Source: Octopus bimaculoides (Eukaryota). From it: a stretch of DNA of 58,938 nt. This document shows positions 41,166 through 51,453 of this stretch, piece by piece. The stretch lies in assembly GCF_001194135.2 (NCBI RefSeq), contig NC_068983.1, positions 31,410,158 to 31,469,095 of the forward strand. Direction: 5' to 3'. Below the pieces are notes generated by a model. It made no database searches and was not told the origin of the DNA. It was given only the letters and a program-made list of their open reading frames with translations. How positions within the stretch are numbered: the first letter of the stretch is position 1; each line of letters opens with the position of its first letter. The position numbers and the translations under genes were made by a program.

Positions 41166-41496
41166 CTCTTCGTCGTGGCTTGTAAGACTGTAAGAGTATA
41201 TAAACTGGCACACTTTACTGAATGTCGTGTTCTCGTAGGTGAGAAAGCTTGAAGCTTATGAATGTAATTATGTAACTTTTGTTCTTTTGTTAATCATTCA
41301 TCAATATTTTGTCTGTATTTATGTTACTTTTTATGTGAGTCTGGATCGGATGATATCTGTGAATTCCCAAAACGTCACAGGTGGAGTTATAGATTACCAG
41401 ACGTTACTAATATATTGAATTCTAATGAACGGTTATTCGTTCTCTTATGGCGAAGCTGAAGTATATGTGTCTGTATGTGTTTGTATATATGGATAC

Positions 41497-41585
<89 letters not shown>

Positions 41586-44481
41586 TAAAATAGATCAGAA
41601 AGCCGTTGTAAATATGAGTATGAATGTGTATGCATAATGCCCCTTGTGGGCAATAAAGAAATTGAATGTATATGTATATGTACATGCGTACATGCATATT
41701 ATCATCACATAATTTTACGTCTATTTTCTATACTGATATGGACAGGACGGGTTTTTCGCCTTCCGAATCATCTGTTTGATGTGGACGCTTTCGCAAACAG
41801 TTCGAACATTACGTCTTGCTCCTACTTTTCATTTGGAATGGTTTTGACGTTTGATCAACTTTCTTATCACCACTTCTCAGGGTGCATTCGGTGTATTTGT
41901 TCAAAGCTGTCTACATTAGCACAGAGAAACAGGAGAGGAGTTTAGAAAGAGACGAGGTGAGACCAATGTGTAGAGTGATCCTATCGCAATAAAGAATGAT
42001 ATGAGACAGGGAATGAAGGGTTGACGTATTAAAGATCGAGTGTGATGGATAGTCGTAAAGATGTCGGTTTAACATTGTTGGTGACCAGAGCGTAGTATCG
42101 AGTGACGAAAATTTTGAATATTGCAAGCAATAAACGTTAATAGCCTTTGTGTGTTTCTGAATGGCTAATTATGTATCTTCCGCGCTGCAATCGCTTTCTG
42201 GGAAGGTATTCAAAGTAAGCCTTTCGTGTACCGTTGACACCGCGAATATCGGAACTACGCCCTAGCTTCTCGGTGCAGTTGTTGTTTAGGAGATTGTTGT
42301 CGGGGATCTGGAATTACATGATCACTTTGAAGGTGTCTGCACCAGTGCTTTTGTTGTGATTAAATATTTGCAAACCTATAACAAACCTTAACAATGTTTC
42401 TGTCCAACATTTTGTGATATTTAAGCTGATTGGGAGAAGTATCAATTAGGGTGAGGAATCGTCTAATTTCACTAGTTATTGCATCGATACAATATAGTGA
42501 ACCGAGCCCCAAGAATATACTTTGGGTGAATTCAATGAAAGTAATATTTTCTTTAAAGTCATATCTCACTAGAGTGACTCTGTTAAAGGTGGTTTCATCA
42601 GAAGATAGCTAGAAATACGCCTACTTATACAATAGGCGATTTGCTTGATAAATGATAGTGGATTATTTGGACTTTGTATTGGCGCTCCTTCATTAGGTTT
42701 ATGCCAGGGCAAGTTTTTTGCCTAAAGTATAGTGACTCCTTGATAGTTGATAATTTCGAGGCTGGTATTCAGTGACTTTTCAGGTTGAGCAAATATTCTT
42801 ATAAGTTTTTGTGAGGGTGTGTGTAAATGAGAGAGTGTGTGTGTTTACGTGTGTGTGTGTGTAAGAGAGAGAGAAAGCGAGAGAGAGAAAGCAAGAGAGA
42901 GAGAAAGCGAGAGAGAACGAAAATGAGAGAGAGAGAAAGCGAGAGAGAGAAAGCGAGCGAGAGAGAGAGAAAGCGAGAGAGAGAAATAGAGAAAGAGAGA
43001 GAATGTGTGTGTGTGTGTATGTGTGTGGCCATTCACAAAATATTTTATTCAACTCTTAGTATTGAGTCATCCCCTCAGTAAGCGTTACATTGTTATTTTT
43101 AAAGTTACTTTGAGATGACTTTATTTTAACACATGTGCAAACACACATATACACGCACATACACACACACACACATACATACACACACATGCAAATGCAC
43201 ACATAGGTATATAAAAAAATTCACGCACGTGCACGCACGCACACACATACACACACGCAACTATCCTTTTACATTTGCTTGTATCATATATTGCTTCTGC
43301 TTTCTATTACAGATCATGTGGCTGTGCCTGAGTTCAATGCAGGAGCAATGGAAAATTGGGGGCTGGTTATCTACCGAGAAACAGCCTTACTTTATGATCC
43401 AGACGTGTCATCAAGTTCTAATAAATATATGGTCACGTTAATCGTTGCTCATGAAATCGCTCATACGGTGAGTAAATACACATTTCGGTGTCTAAAAACC
43501 AATATATACCTATGATCGTTCGTTGATTCTGGACTGGAAAATTTTTACTTACGTAGCTAAAAACTGTAGAGTCTTCGAAATATGAAATAATTCTTCAACA
43601 ACATTACTCATATGCAGATGATAACATCCTTCACTCCCTCCCAACTTTCGGCTCTTAAGTGTCAACAACATGCAACTAGTGGCTCATGTAAACTCTGCGC
43701 TGAAAACATGGAGAGAGACCTCAAAAGGTTACATCGATCGTTTGTCCTTCAAATGCACAAAGGTACAAAAACTGAACTTGTCAAAGAGTCAGTCTCATAC
43801 TCTACCAGCTCTAGTCATGACCATAACAGTTAGGTATTGTAATCACAAATGATCTCTTCTGGCGATCCTACATCCGCAACATGGCAAAACCTGCATCACG
43901 AAAAATGGTAATTTTCGTTAGAGCCAGGAAATATTTCAGAGTCCGTCATTTTCTTATTCTTTTCAGTACTCATGAGAGTTCAGCAGTGGAACGCTGTGCT
44001 TCATCTGAGATAACACTGCTGCGACACATACGAACATCTGTAACCATATAAAAAAGTTGCAAACCGATGAATGATGATGGAGTTACTCACTCTCATATCT
44101 CAACCTCTTGTCCACTAACGTGCTGTCTCCACGCTGAATCCGTTTCTACCACTACTACAGTGGCCTCTACCCCTCTGGTCTGGCTGGTCTCATACCATAT
44201 CAACTCTGAATAACTCACACATATCTCATCCTCCTATAACCCATATTGTGTCCACCTCACTAGGCACCACATTAACTCTATGTACAATCATTCTTCCCCC
44301 AGAATATAAGCCTTCTGAATTTCTTTTCTCTAACCAAGAGTTTCCTTGCAGTCGTCGACTTGCAATTCAAGAACATGAAGCCTATCAACTTGACTGGTTT
44401 CGAGGTAGCTCGAACACAATTCCTTCCTGTGTATAACTCATTATACACAAATAGACATACACATATGTATATACAAATATG

Positions 44482-44530
<49 letters not shown>

Positions 44531-47322
44531 GGATAGCGTTTTGTCTCAATAACTGATGAGATGCCGGAGCAGACTTCAGCCCCGGTATCCGAAACTCTGA
44601 GTTTTATTATGGCAACCAACTGGTGTCAGTCAATTGAACTAGTCATTGGATTTCCGTCATGGTGGTTGGCAAAAAGCTTTTAAGAGGTTACATTATAATT
44701 AACCTAGTATTTTATAGAAAAATAAACAACACCGGTTTTAGACTAGAACACGCACACACGTGTACGTGTTTATTTAGACGATAGGTAAATGTAGATAGAG
44801 ATATGTGGGATCTTTAGGTCGACACTTTATGTTCAAAATTACCGTATGCTGTTACAGCAGAGTGGTGATCCTTAGATTTAATAAACATCATTACTGCCAA
44901 ACTTGTTTCTTCAAATTTAATTGCAGAACTGTTTTTTTTTTTCGATTTCTTTCGTCTCCTTTTCATTCTTAGTTTATCATTTTTTATTGTTACTCATTTT
45001 TTTCTGTCATTTCAGTGGTTTGGAAACATGGCGACCATGAGATGGTGGGACGATCTTTGGCTTAACGAAGGGTTTGCCAGTATCCTAATGTATTTCGGAA
45101 TGAATCACGTACACCCAGACTGGGATGTGGTATGTAAATGCATGAAGCATCGCGATATCCGAAAAATGTTGAATTACATACGAATTAAAATTATTTTGAT
45201 ATATTTATTGCTTTTGTTTGTTTCGCAGCCACGTGATTATTATTTTGATATCAGAAGGACTATCATTGCAGAAACGCTAGAGCACCGGACAAGTGTCCGG
45301 CAATATATATTTAGTTACGTTTCTTTTCCTTCTGAGCTTAAACAAGGTCGATAAAGTAGAATGAGTTTTACCAATTTGTATCATAAACACTAACTGTGAG
45401 AGGTAGTAACAGTAAGCTTGAATGCAACAGTCTTTAAATCTAGTGACGAAGTCATAAAGATCTAACATGATGGTGATGTATCAAATAATCTAAGTAATAA
45501 CTCATATATCGTTTTGCTAATCCTTTTCGAAGCTACGAGGCCCCATAGGACCTGCTCTTATCAGGTTTTAAAGTGTTAAACCGATTAAAGATATATTACT
45601 CTCGAGATAGGATGCTGGTCTTTAGTAGGTAGACAGACCTGCTGGGTTGTATAAACTTTATCTCCTTGATAGAGTAAGGTGTAGTTGTGTAATTAAATAA
45701 ACCATTGAAATACTCAAATTTGACAACGTTATTACTGAATTTATTCACAACTATTTGCTAGCTGTTATATTGATTTATTGATTAAGGTTGAGGTAATTTT
45801 TCACCTTTCATAAATCCTGGTGGTAATAAAACGCACTCCAGTGATATGTATGCAACGATTCAATATAGCTTTCCTTCTGTTTTGATGAAAGTGACCTTCT
45901 ATATGAGAAATATATCACTACTTGGTAGATCATTGACTTTCCTTTCTCATTCAGGGTAGTCGAAGGTAGAGGAGACATTATAGAGCCAGATAAAATATTT
46001 TATAGTATTCGGTTCCATACCTTTGAATTCTGAGTTTAAATCTTATCAATACATTTTTGTCTTTCATCTAACAACATTCAGTAACATATGGGCCAGTTAT
46101 ATAGTAGGATAATGTATAATTACTTATAGACTATACCCTACAATAATTAACCATGTATCTGAAAATGAAACCAATAGTTTAATTATGTTATGGTGAACGC
46201 CATAGAGTGCATAATAAGGACCCAATGATTTTAACCTCTGAACCAGTTTCAGTTTTCAGTTTGAAATTATTTCACTTCACATGCACCATTAAAATCTTTT
46301 TCTAAAATCATGATTGTCAAGGCACCCTATTTTTCATCTCTTAAATATATGTGTACTCTAGCAGCAGGTCAAATGGAATCATATTTTAGATGAGTAGATA
46401 TCATTTGAGTTAATGTATTGTTTCTTTCTTCTTTCCAGTTTTCTATTCTCGTTGTAGACGAGATTTTACCAGTGATGGTTTTAGATGCACTCCTTACTTC
46501 ACACGCAGTTTCTTCTCGTATAGAGAATACGGACCAAATCATCCAGTATTTCGATAACATTTCCTACAACAAGGTATGCTTCAAAAAGCTAGTCTTTTGC
46601 CACGTTGATTTTACACAAAATACCTTAAAAGCTTTATGATTGGAAAATTTGACAGACTTGGTATGCACCTAGTATGTATCAAGATTACATTTTAATGTAA
46701 AAAAAAAAAAAGGCAGTTAATTTCATTCGATTCATGGGAGTTATTTCTCGACCTGAAAATTGAAATTTGCAATTTTGAACATTCGTAGATGACCCTGCCC
46801 AGCTAGCGCTATGGTGTTGACCAAAAATCATTTTTAAAATCTCTATTTAAAGTAGCACAAGGAAAATAATTTTACAGTTTTTAGTTCGAGATGGAGAGGC
46901 AGGCGTTCCATAGTCTTAACACTGTCGCCTGAGAAGGGATAGATATGCGTCCCATCAGTCAACCGAATTTTATTGCAGCAAAATACGGTATTTGGTTAAC
47001 GTAATGTATTATGGTAACTTTAATCAGATCTACTTTCCTATCAGTAGAGTCACATCAAGATTATTTTCTTCCACTCCCTCTTAAAAAATCTATTTCTTGT
47101 TTCTGTTCACTTCCTTTTCTGAATATTAAACATCGGTTACATTGAATGATGTTGAAATTTTATAATAATGAAGATAGGGAGGGTGGTGATTAGTGATGGC
47201 AACGATGATTGTAACGCTATCTTTATTTATTTTCTTCATTTTGCTTTTATTTCCAGGGAATGGCAATATTGCGGATGTTGAAAGGTTTTCTCGGCTGGGA
47301 AGCCTTCAGACGATCGTTGCAG
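16555..47322 (+). CDS. M1-family zinc aminopeptidase (aminopeptidase N-like), partial multi-exon gene; 7 exons, 865 coding nt in window
   Basis: Seven exons with GT-AG boundaries and compatible phases splice into one open frame containing [43 protein letters not shown]-x18-E (NEG) and ISYNKG. Orthology to a named gene not established. Confidence 0.95.
17082..17245 (+). CDS. Aminopeptidase exon B (164 nt): (G)[54 protein letters not shown]
   Basis: Acceptor tctcattttAG|GA, donor ACT|GTaagt; phase 1 start completes the GGA codon begun in exon A; ALSNM and MSxYLLAF motifs. Confidence 0.95.
17735..18335 (+). mobile_element. Cluster of three diverged family 1 SINE copies
   Basis: Segments at about 17735-17880, 17980-18090 (gagttcaaatcc) and 18128-18335 (ggcggctagctgg...accgaggtggactttgcctttt). 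Confidence 0.65.
18503..18580 (+). other. Hammerhead-like core segments in non-canonical order
   Basis: GCG-TC (18516-18520), GAAA-CGC (18534-18540), CTGATGA (18562-18568), and CTGCCT/AGGCAG complementarity in exact stem I register. Confidence 0.3.
19490..20030. repeat. Degenerate (CAT/ATC)n low-complexity tract
   Basis: Read directly; source of the spurious His/Ile/Ser/Met-rich ORFs. Confidence 0.85.
21688..22041. repeat. Diverged direct repeat of about 97 bp (21688-21785 and 21944-22041)
   Basis: tgtatcgta.cata.agacaagaaagtaat...gaacgcagtata.ccgtgaaa...aaagattg.gt..tttacccttatatg occurs twice, period 256. Confidence 0.85.
22146..22520 (-). mobile_element. Mariner transposase C-terminal remnant
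   Basis: [15 protein letters not shown] and [25 protein letters not shown], frameshifted. Confidence 0.85.
22790..23374 (+). mobile_element. Two tandem non-autonomous Helitron/Helentron-like units
   Basis: Units about 22790-23040 and 23101-23374 share cacgaactatacg, aaaccttcctga, ccattggtccagc.gt.tg.ccgt, a (GACA/GACG)n tract and cataa.gcccatt.tagtaagat ends. Duplication is seen directly; class is inferred. Confidence 0.55.
24375..24845. repeat. Degenerate (CAT/ATC/CAG)n low-complexity tract
   Basis: Read directly from the sequence. Confidence 0.85.
25140..27430 (-). mobile_element. RTE-clade (BovB-like) LINE with 5' UTR, APE endonuclease and RT, internally deleted
   Basis: WNLRTLLD...LNRYNIDIA; FFWKG...EAGVGFVV...GAYAPT; [15 protein letters not shown]...NYRGIALL; [17 protein letters not shown]. 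Confidence 0.92.
28506..28626 (+). CDS. Aminopeptidase exon C (121 nt): [40 protein letters not shown](D)
   Basis: Not in the supplied ORF track. Acceptor ttttgtttttgtAG|TTA, donor TCAG|GTaatt; phase 0 in, phase 1 out, bridging exons B and D exactly; matches the M1 pattern xRxWA...YAL...F..YF.I. Confidence 0.92.
29805..29863. repeat. (GAA)n microsatellite
   Basis: Read directly from the sequence. Confidence 0.95.
29864..30857 (+). mobile_element. Stacked R4/Dong-type 3' fragments (at least two C-termini)
   Basis: [26 protein letters not shown] at about 30045-30130, and [31 protein letters not shown]...[18 protein letters not shown] ending about 30650. Confidence 0.8.
30920..31822 (+). mobile_element. 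R4/Dong-type RT fragment, copy 1
   Basis: [21 protein letters not shown]...[46 protein letters not shown]; starts right after (AAT)n at 30858-30919. Confidence 0.88.
31823..33860 (+). mobile_element. R4/Dong-type element, copy 2: RT, CCHC knuckle, REL endonuclease, 3' UTR
   Basis: [66 protein letters not shown]...[26 protein letters not shown]; stops and frameshifts present. Confidence 0.92.
33873..34085 (+). mobile_element. Additional decayed R4/Dong REL-domain fragment
   Basis: [13 protein letters not shown]...DITIIDK...[10 protein letters not shown]. Confidence 0.6.
34410..34800 (-). mobile_element. Two old family 1 SINE copies
   Basis: ggtaaagttgatctcggc at about 34500 and tatcgacccagg...gaaggacgaagttga at about 34700. 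Confidence 0.55.
35021..35357. repeat. Unclassified repeat of about 340 bp, copy 1 (copy 2 at 39802-40146)
   Basis: Colinear blocks such as gcaattaatttttaat.ggttt.gccataa.gttcgtt and ttattagcacttagattta.ctggtt. Confidence 0.85.
36020..36800 (-). mobile_element. RTE 5' UTR and endonuclease fragment interrupted by a SINE
   Basis: [15 protein letters not shown]...[11 protein letters not shown] at about 36150-36290; 36705-36780 resembles the RTE 5' UTR at 27205-27280. Confidence 0.7.
36413..36630 (+). mobile_element. Family 1 tRNA-derived SINE
   Basis: ggcggtgatcTGGCAGAATCGATAG, GAGTTCAAATTC, aagtaccagttgaatactggggtcgatgtaat. Confidence 0.85.
38171..38617 (+). mobile_element. hAT (Buster/Charlie/SPIN-like) non-autonomous deletion derivative, 447 bp
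   Basis: Perfect 8-bp TSD GACTAGGC (38163-38170, 38618-38625); imperfect TIRs CAGACATGTCAAACT / CAGGGGTATCAAACT (11 of 15); internal translation [47 protein letters not shown]. Confidence 0.9.
38630..38830 (+). mobile_element. RTE RT fragment
   Basis: [10 protein letters not shown]...MWDHE...[24 protein letters not shown]. Confidence 0.75.
38990..39400 (+). mobile_element. Decayed R4/Dong REL-domain fragment
   Basis: [39 protein letters not shown]. Confidence 0.7.
39802..40146. repeat. Unclassified repeat of about 340 bp, copy 2
   Basis: Same orientation as 35021-35357. Confidence 0.85.
42150..42600 (-). mobile_element. Probable Penelope-like element fragment (RT-to-endonuclease linker)
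   Basis: FLTLIDTS...[15 protein letters not shown] resembles the FL.LID.HF...HKIFNRNTVKVSYSC linker; limits uncertain. Confidence 0.45.
43313..43467 (+). CDS. Aminopeptidase exon D (155 nt): (D)[51 protein letters not shown]
   Basis: Acceptor tttctattacAG|AT, donor ACG|GTgagt; GAMEN exopeptidase motif and HExxH zinc motif. Confidence 0.97.
43590..44410 (+). mobile_element. CR1/L2-group LINE 3' fragment in the intron between exons D and E
   Basis: SYADDNIL (RT YADD), [25 protein letters not shown]...[23 protein letters not shown]. Confidence 0.8.
44541..44615 (+). ncRNA. Candidate type I hammerhead ribozyme (minimal stem III)
   Basis: Stem I TTGTC-tc-AATAA / TTATT-at-GGCAA; CTGATGA 44553-44559; stem II GATGCCGGAGC/GCCCCGGTATC; one extra C; GAAA 44591-44594; palindromic stem III ACTC-T-GAGT; NUH = GUU at 44601-44603. 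Confidence 0.55.
45016..45129 (+). CDS. Aminopeptidase exon E (114 nt): [38 protein letters not shown]
   Basis: Acceptor tgtcatttcAG|TGG, donor GTG|GTatgt; supplies the third zinc ligand Glu exactly 18 residues after HExxH. Confidence 0.97.
46439..46573 (+). CDS. Aminopeptidase exon F (135 nt): [45 protein letters not shown]
   Basis: Acceptor tctttccAG|TTT, donor AAG|GTatgc; D...SH and FDxISYxK (catalytic Tyr) motifs. Confidence 0.95.
47257..47322 (+). CDS. Aminopeptidase exon G (66 nt): [22 protein letters not shown]
   Basis: Not in the ORF track. Acceptor ttttatttccAG|GGA, donor CAG|GTatag; completes YxKG..ILRML. Confidence 0.93.
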
Positions 47323-47917
47323 GTATAGAAATATTTTTTGTTGTTATTTACAGCAGTTATTACTTATGATCTTCTTCACTGTGTTTTTCCATTGATCTTT
47401 GCTACCACTACCACTATCACTGTTACAAAAACAGCAACAACAACAACTACTACTGCTGCTGCTGCTGCTGCTGATATTACTATTACAACTACTACTACTA
47501 TTACTGCTGCTGCTGCTGCTAAAAACAGCAACAAAGAAATAAGCTGAAATAGAGCTAAATAGCGGAAATAGAGCTAAATATAAGAGCAATGCTTAAACCA
47601 TTACCTTACAACATTTAGCATTTCTGTATTGCGAGGAGGGATATCTTCTTTTCAAAGAGTGAGAAAAACGAAAGATGAAATTTTCTGCTTTCTCGACAAA
47701 TAAAATCTGTATGGGATAATTCAAAAATTTCTCATCATTTAATTATCACCAAACTACATCTCTTGTTCTATCTCTCCCAAAAATTGTATTTTCATCCGAA
47801 ATATCAGATTATTAAACGCTTTAAGGTAAAAGCTTAATCAATTTAAATACAATCATTACTCAAATCAATTGCAGTAGCCTTCTAAATCAGTTACATACAC
47901 ATACACACACACATATA

Positions 47918-48647
47918 CTGCAGTTTCGTCCAAGGTAAAATTTGTTATGGACTTGCTGTGTTTGAATACGCAATATATATATATATATATANNNNNNNNN
48001 NNNNNNNNNNNNNNNNNNNNNNNNNNNNNNNNNNNNNNNNNNNNNNNNNNNNNNNNNNNNNNNNNNNNNNNNNNNNNNNNNNNNNNNNNNNNNNNNNNNN
48101 NNNNNNNNNNNNNNNNNNNNNNNNNNNNNNNNNNNNNNNNNNNNNNNNNNNNNNNNNNNNNNNNNNNNNNNNNNNNNNNNNNNNNNNNNNNNNNNNNNNN
48201 NNNNNNNNNNNNNNNNNNNNNNNNNNNNNNNNNNNNNNNNNNNNNNNNNNNNNNNNNNNNNNNNNNNNNNNNNNNNNNNNNNNNNNNNNNNNNNNNNNNN
48301 NNNNNNNNNNNNNNNNNNNNNNNNNNNNNNNNNNNNNNNNNNNNNNNNNNNNNNNNNNNNNNNNNNNNNNNNNNNNNNNNNNNNNNNNNNNNNNNNNNNN
48401 NNNNNNNNNNNNNNNNNNNNNNNNNNNNNNNNNNNNNNNNNNNNNNNNNNNNNNNNNNNNNNNNNNNNNNNNNNNNNNNNNNNNNNNNNNNNNNNNNNNN
48501 NNNNNNNNNNNNNNNNNNNNNNNNNNNNNNNNNNNNNNNNNNNNNNNNNNNNNNNNNNNNNNNNNNNNNNNNNNNNNNNNNNNNNNNNNNNNNNNNNNNN
48601 NNNNNNNNNNNNNNNNNNNNNNNNNNNNNNNNNNNNNNNNNNNNNNN

Positions 48648-48683
<36 letters not shown>

Positions 48684-48725
48684 GGACACGAAATATCAAG
48701 ATTTTATCTTGGACGAAAGTTGCAG
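47918..48725. mobile_element. Putative TA-flanked MITE spanning the 47992-48647 gap
   Basis: Left CTGCAGTTTCGTCCAAGGTAAAAT (47918-47941); reverse complement of right end CTGCAACTTTCGTCCAAGATAAAAT (48701-48725); TA on both outer sides. Confidence 0.6.
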
Positions 48726-49460
48726 TAACTTTCCTGTCAACGGTGTATGCATATTAAGTATGATGCAGGTGTTGCCACTTTAATTTAATGTTGCTTCAAT
48801 TGCTTATACCAGATTATTTATTCAGGCCTGCAGCTATTCTCAACACCCTGAGTATATGACTCACGGTTTCCGATATTGGAAAGGACAGTTCACATCTAGG
48901 CATGTGCCTGGCTACGAGTGCACGTCATTGACAAGACCCATCGTAACTGAAATGCATCTACCGTTCTCGTTTGCTAGTGACACAATTTTTCGTTTCCCTC
49001 CGATATGTGTGCGCCCGTGCGTGTGTGTGTGTGCGTGCGCGCGCGCATAGTTTTTAAGCACAGTAAGACTCTAGAACAGTTTATGACGGACGAAAACCGC
49101 AGTAACTTGCCTGTCAACGATATATATAAATTATGTATGATACATCGATTGTTACTTTAATAATATTGTTTCAAGTGCTTACGTACATACATACATACAT
49201 ACATACAAGAATGCATATATACATGCATACACATGCATTCAAAGAAATACACGCACATACATGCATACATACAAATATATCAATATATTTGTCTAAGTGT
49301 ATTTTAATTTTTATGAACAAGAGCGCCAAATATCATGTGCACTATGTACTTGTAGATTAGTATTTAATGATTCCAACGACCTCAGTGTTTCAAAGACATG
49401 CATTTTACCTAATTTTTCAAACAAACACAGACACACAAATATGCATATATATATATATAC

Positions 49461-49620
49461 GACAGGCTTCTTTCAGTTTCCGTCTACCAAATCCACTCAC
49501 AAGGCTTTGGTCGGTCCGAGGCTATAGTAGAAGACATTAGCCCAAGGCACCACGCAGTGGGACTGAACCCGGAATCATGTGGTTGGGAAGCAAGCTTCTT
49601 ACCACACAGCTACGCCTGTG
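49461..49620 (-). mobile_element. tRNA-derived SINE head (family of 2094-2253)
   Basis: acaggcttctttcagtttccg.ctaccaaatccactca...gaggctatagtagaagaca is shared with 2094-2253. Confidence 0.85.
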
Positions 49621-49788
49621 CATATAGATATATTTGTTTTCGTGACCAGTCATAATAAAAACAATTTTACATCAATCTGATGCGTTTTTGTGTACGTTTT
49701 GTATACGTTTATTATTCTTATCCAAGAATATTACTGACAGTAACTTCGAAGTTTTGACCAGCTAACCCATCGTCCGACGAATAGTAAA

Positions 49789-49819
<31 letters not shown>

Positions 49820-50414
49820 ACACATATACATATAAATGCGGACCCACTCACTGTGTTGTCATCACCTGCACATCTCGTTTTGACATCTACAAATTGCAAC
49901 ATCTATTCGCTTATATTTAGTTGATATTCAGAGCTTGTATCTAACCAACAGCTTCACGACACTTTCACAATCGTTGCTTATAGAATATTTTTTGCATATA
50001 TATGGTTAAAGATAGGTAGTCGCATGAAATAAAATTACAAGAGATCGTTACAAAATTATACAAAACATACGCTACAGAAGTGTAGTGAAACGAGAAGAAG
50101 ATGGGTGAGGTAGGGATAACAGTGAAAATATGACGAATAATTCTTTGAAGCTTCCCAAGAAGCAACAAAGACATCACTGTGACAATCGATACAGAACATA
50201 TCGCAACTATGACTGATTCCTTCAGAAATCGCAGTATTTTATGTCCGTACATTAAACACAAAAGCAGGCCTACCAAAATAGTACACTGACTTTCTCAGGA
50301 ATCAATAAGAGGTTTTTGTGTTATTCTTGCAATACAAACAGTTATCATAATAGCACCGTATCCTTCTATGTATCTGCCAACTTGAACTGAAACAAATGTA
50401 TGTACGTTTGTCTT

Positions 50415-50467
<53 letters not shown>

Positions 50468-50946
50468 ATGTATGTATGTATGCATGTATGTATGTATGCT
50501 ATTGTGTGGCAGTGTTATGTTCAGTATTTAAAAAGAAAAACTTTTATAGATATAAGCAAGGATTCTTGTGTTTGAGAAACTCAAACATCAATACAGATAA
50601 AGTAATATGTAAATGTGTATAGGAGTTATATATGTTCCTGTCAATTTCAAACTCTTTCTCACTCTCTCCTCTTTCTTTCGACTGTTCTCTGGCATATCAT
50701 TTGCGATCTCAATTTCATTATTTTCTATTTTCTATCACACATACACACACAAGCAGATAATCTATGTTTCGTGTTGTTTTTGTGTGTTTGTGGATGTAAA
50801 TATGTAACTCCAAGCATGTATGGACTTGCCAATATATATATTTACTTATAAAATCTTAACAAAGATAAACATCTAAGAAAGACTATGTTTAATGTATACG
50901 TACGGTTGTGATGTATTATTACCCCTTGCATCTCCTCGTCTTTCTT

Positions 50947-50994
<48 letters not shown>

Positions 50995-51055
50995 TCTCTC
51001 TCCTCTCCCTCTTTCGTTCTCTCTCTCTCTCTTATGTAAACATACAGAGACGTAT

Positions 51056-51106
<51 letters not shown>

Positions 51107-51388
51107 AACGTATAAATAAGTGAAAGTGCATGCATATATATATATATACCCGCAACAATGAATGTTGGTATATGTACATTTCGATGCATACAAAATGATT
51201 GCAAATACATACACATATCTATGTGCGTGTATGTATGTGTACATATATGTATGTATATATAATATACGTACATATTCATATGCATTTTATGTATGAGTAA
51301 ATATGTATGTGAACCTCTTATATACAGTGCATGTGTGTGTGTCTGTCTTTGAATATATATAAGAAATATATATACTTGTGTTTGTATA

Positions 51389-51453
<65 letters not shown>

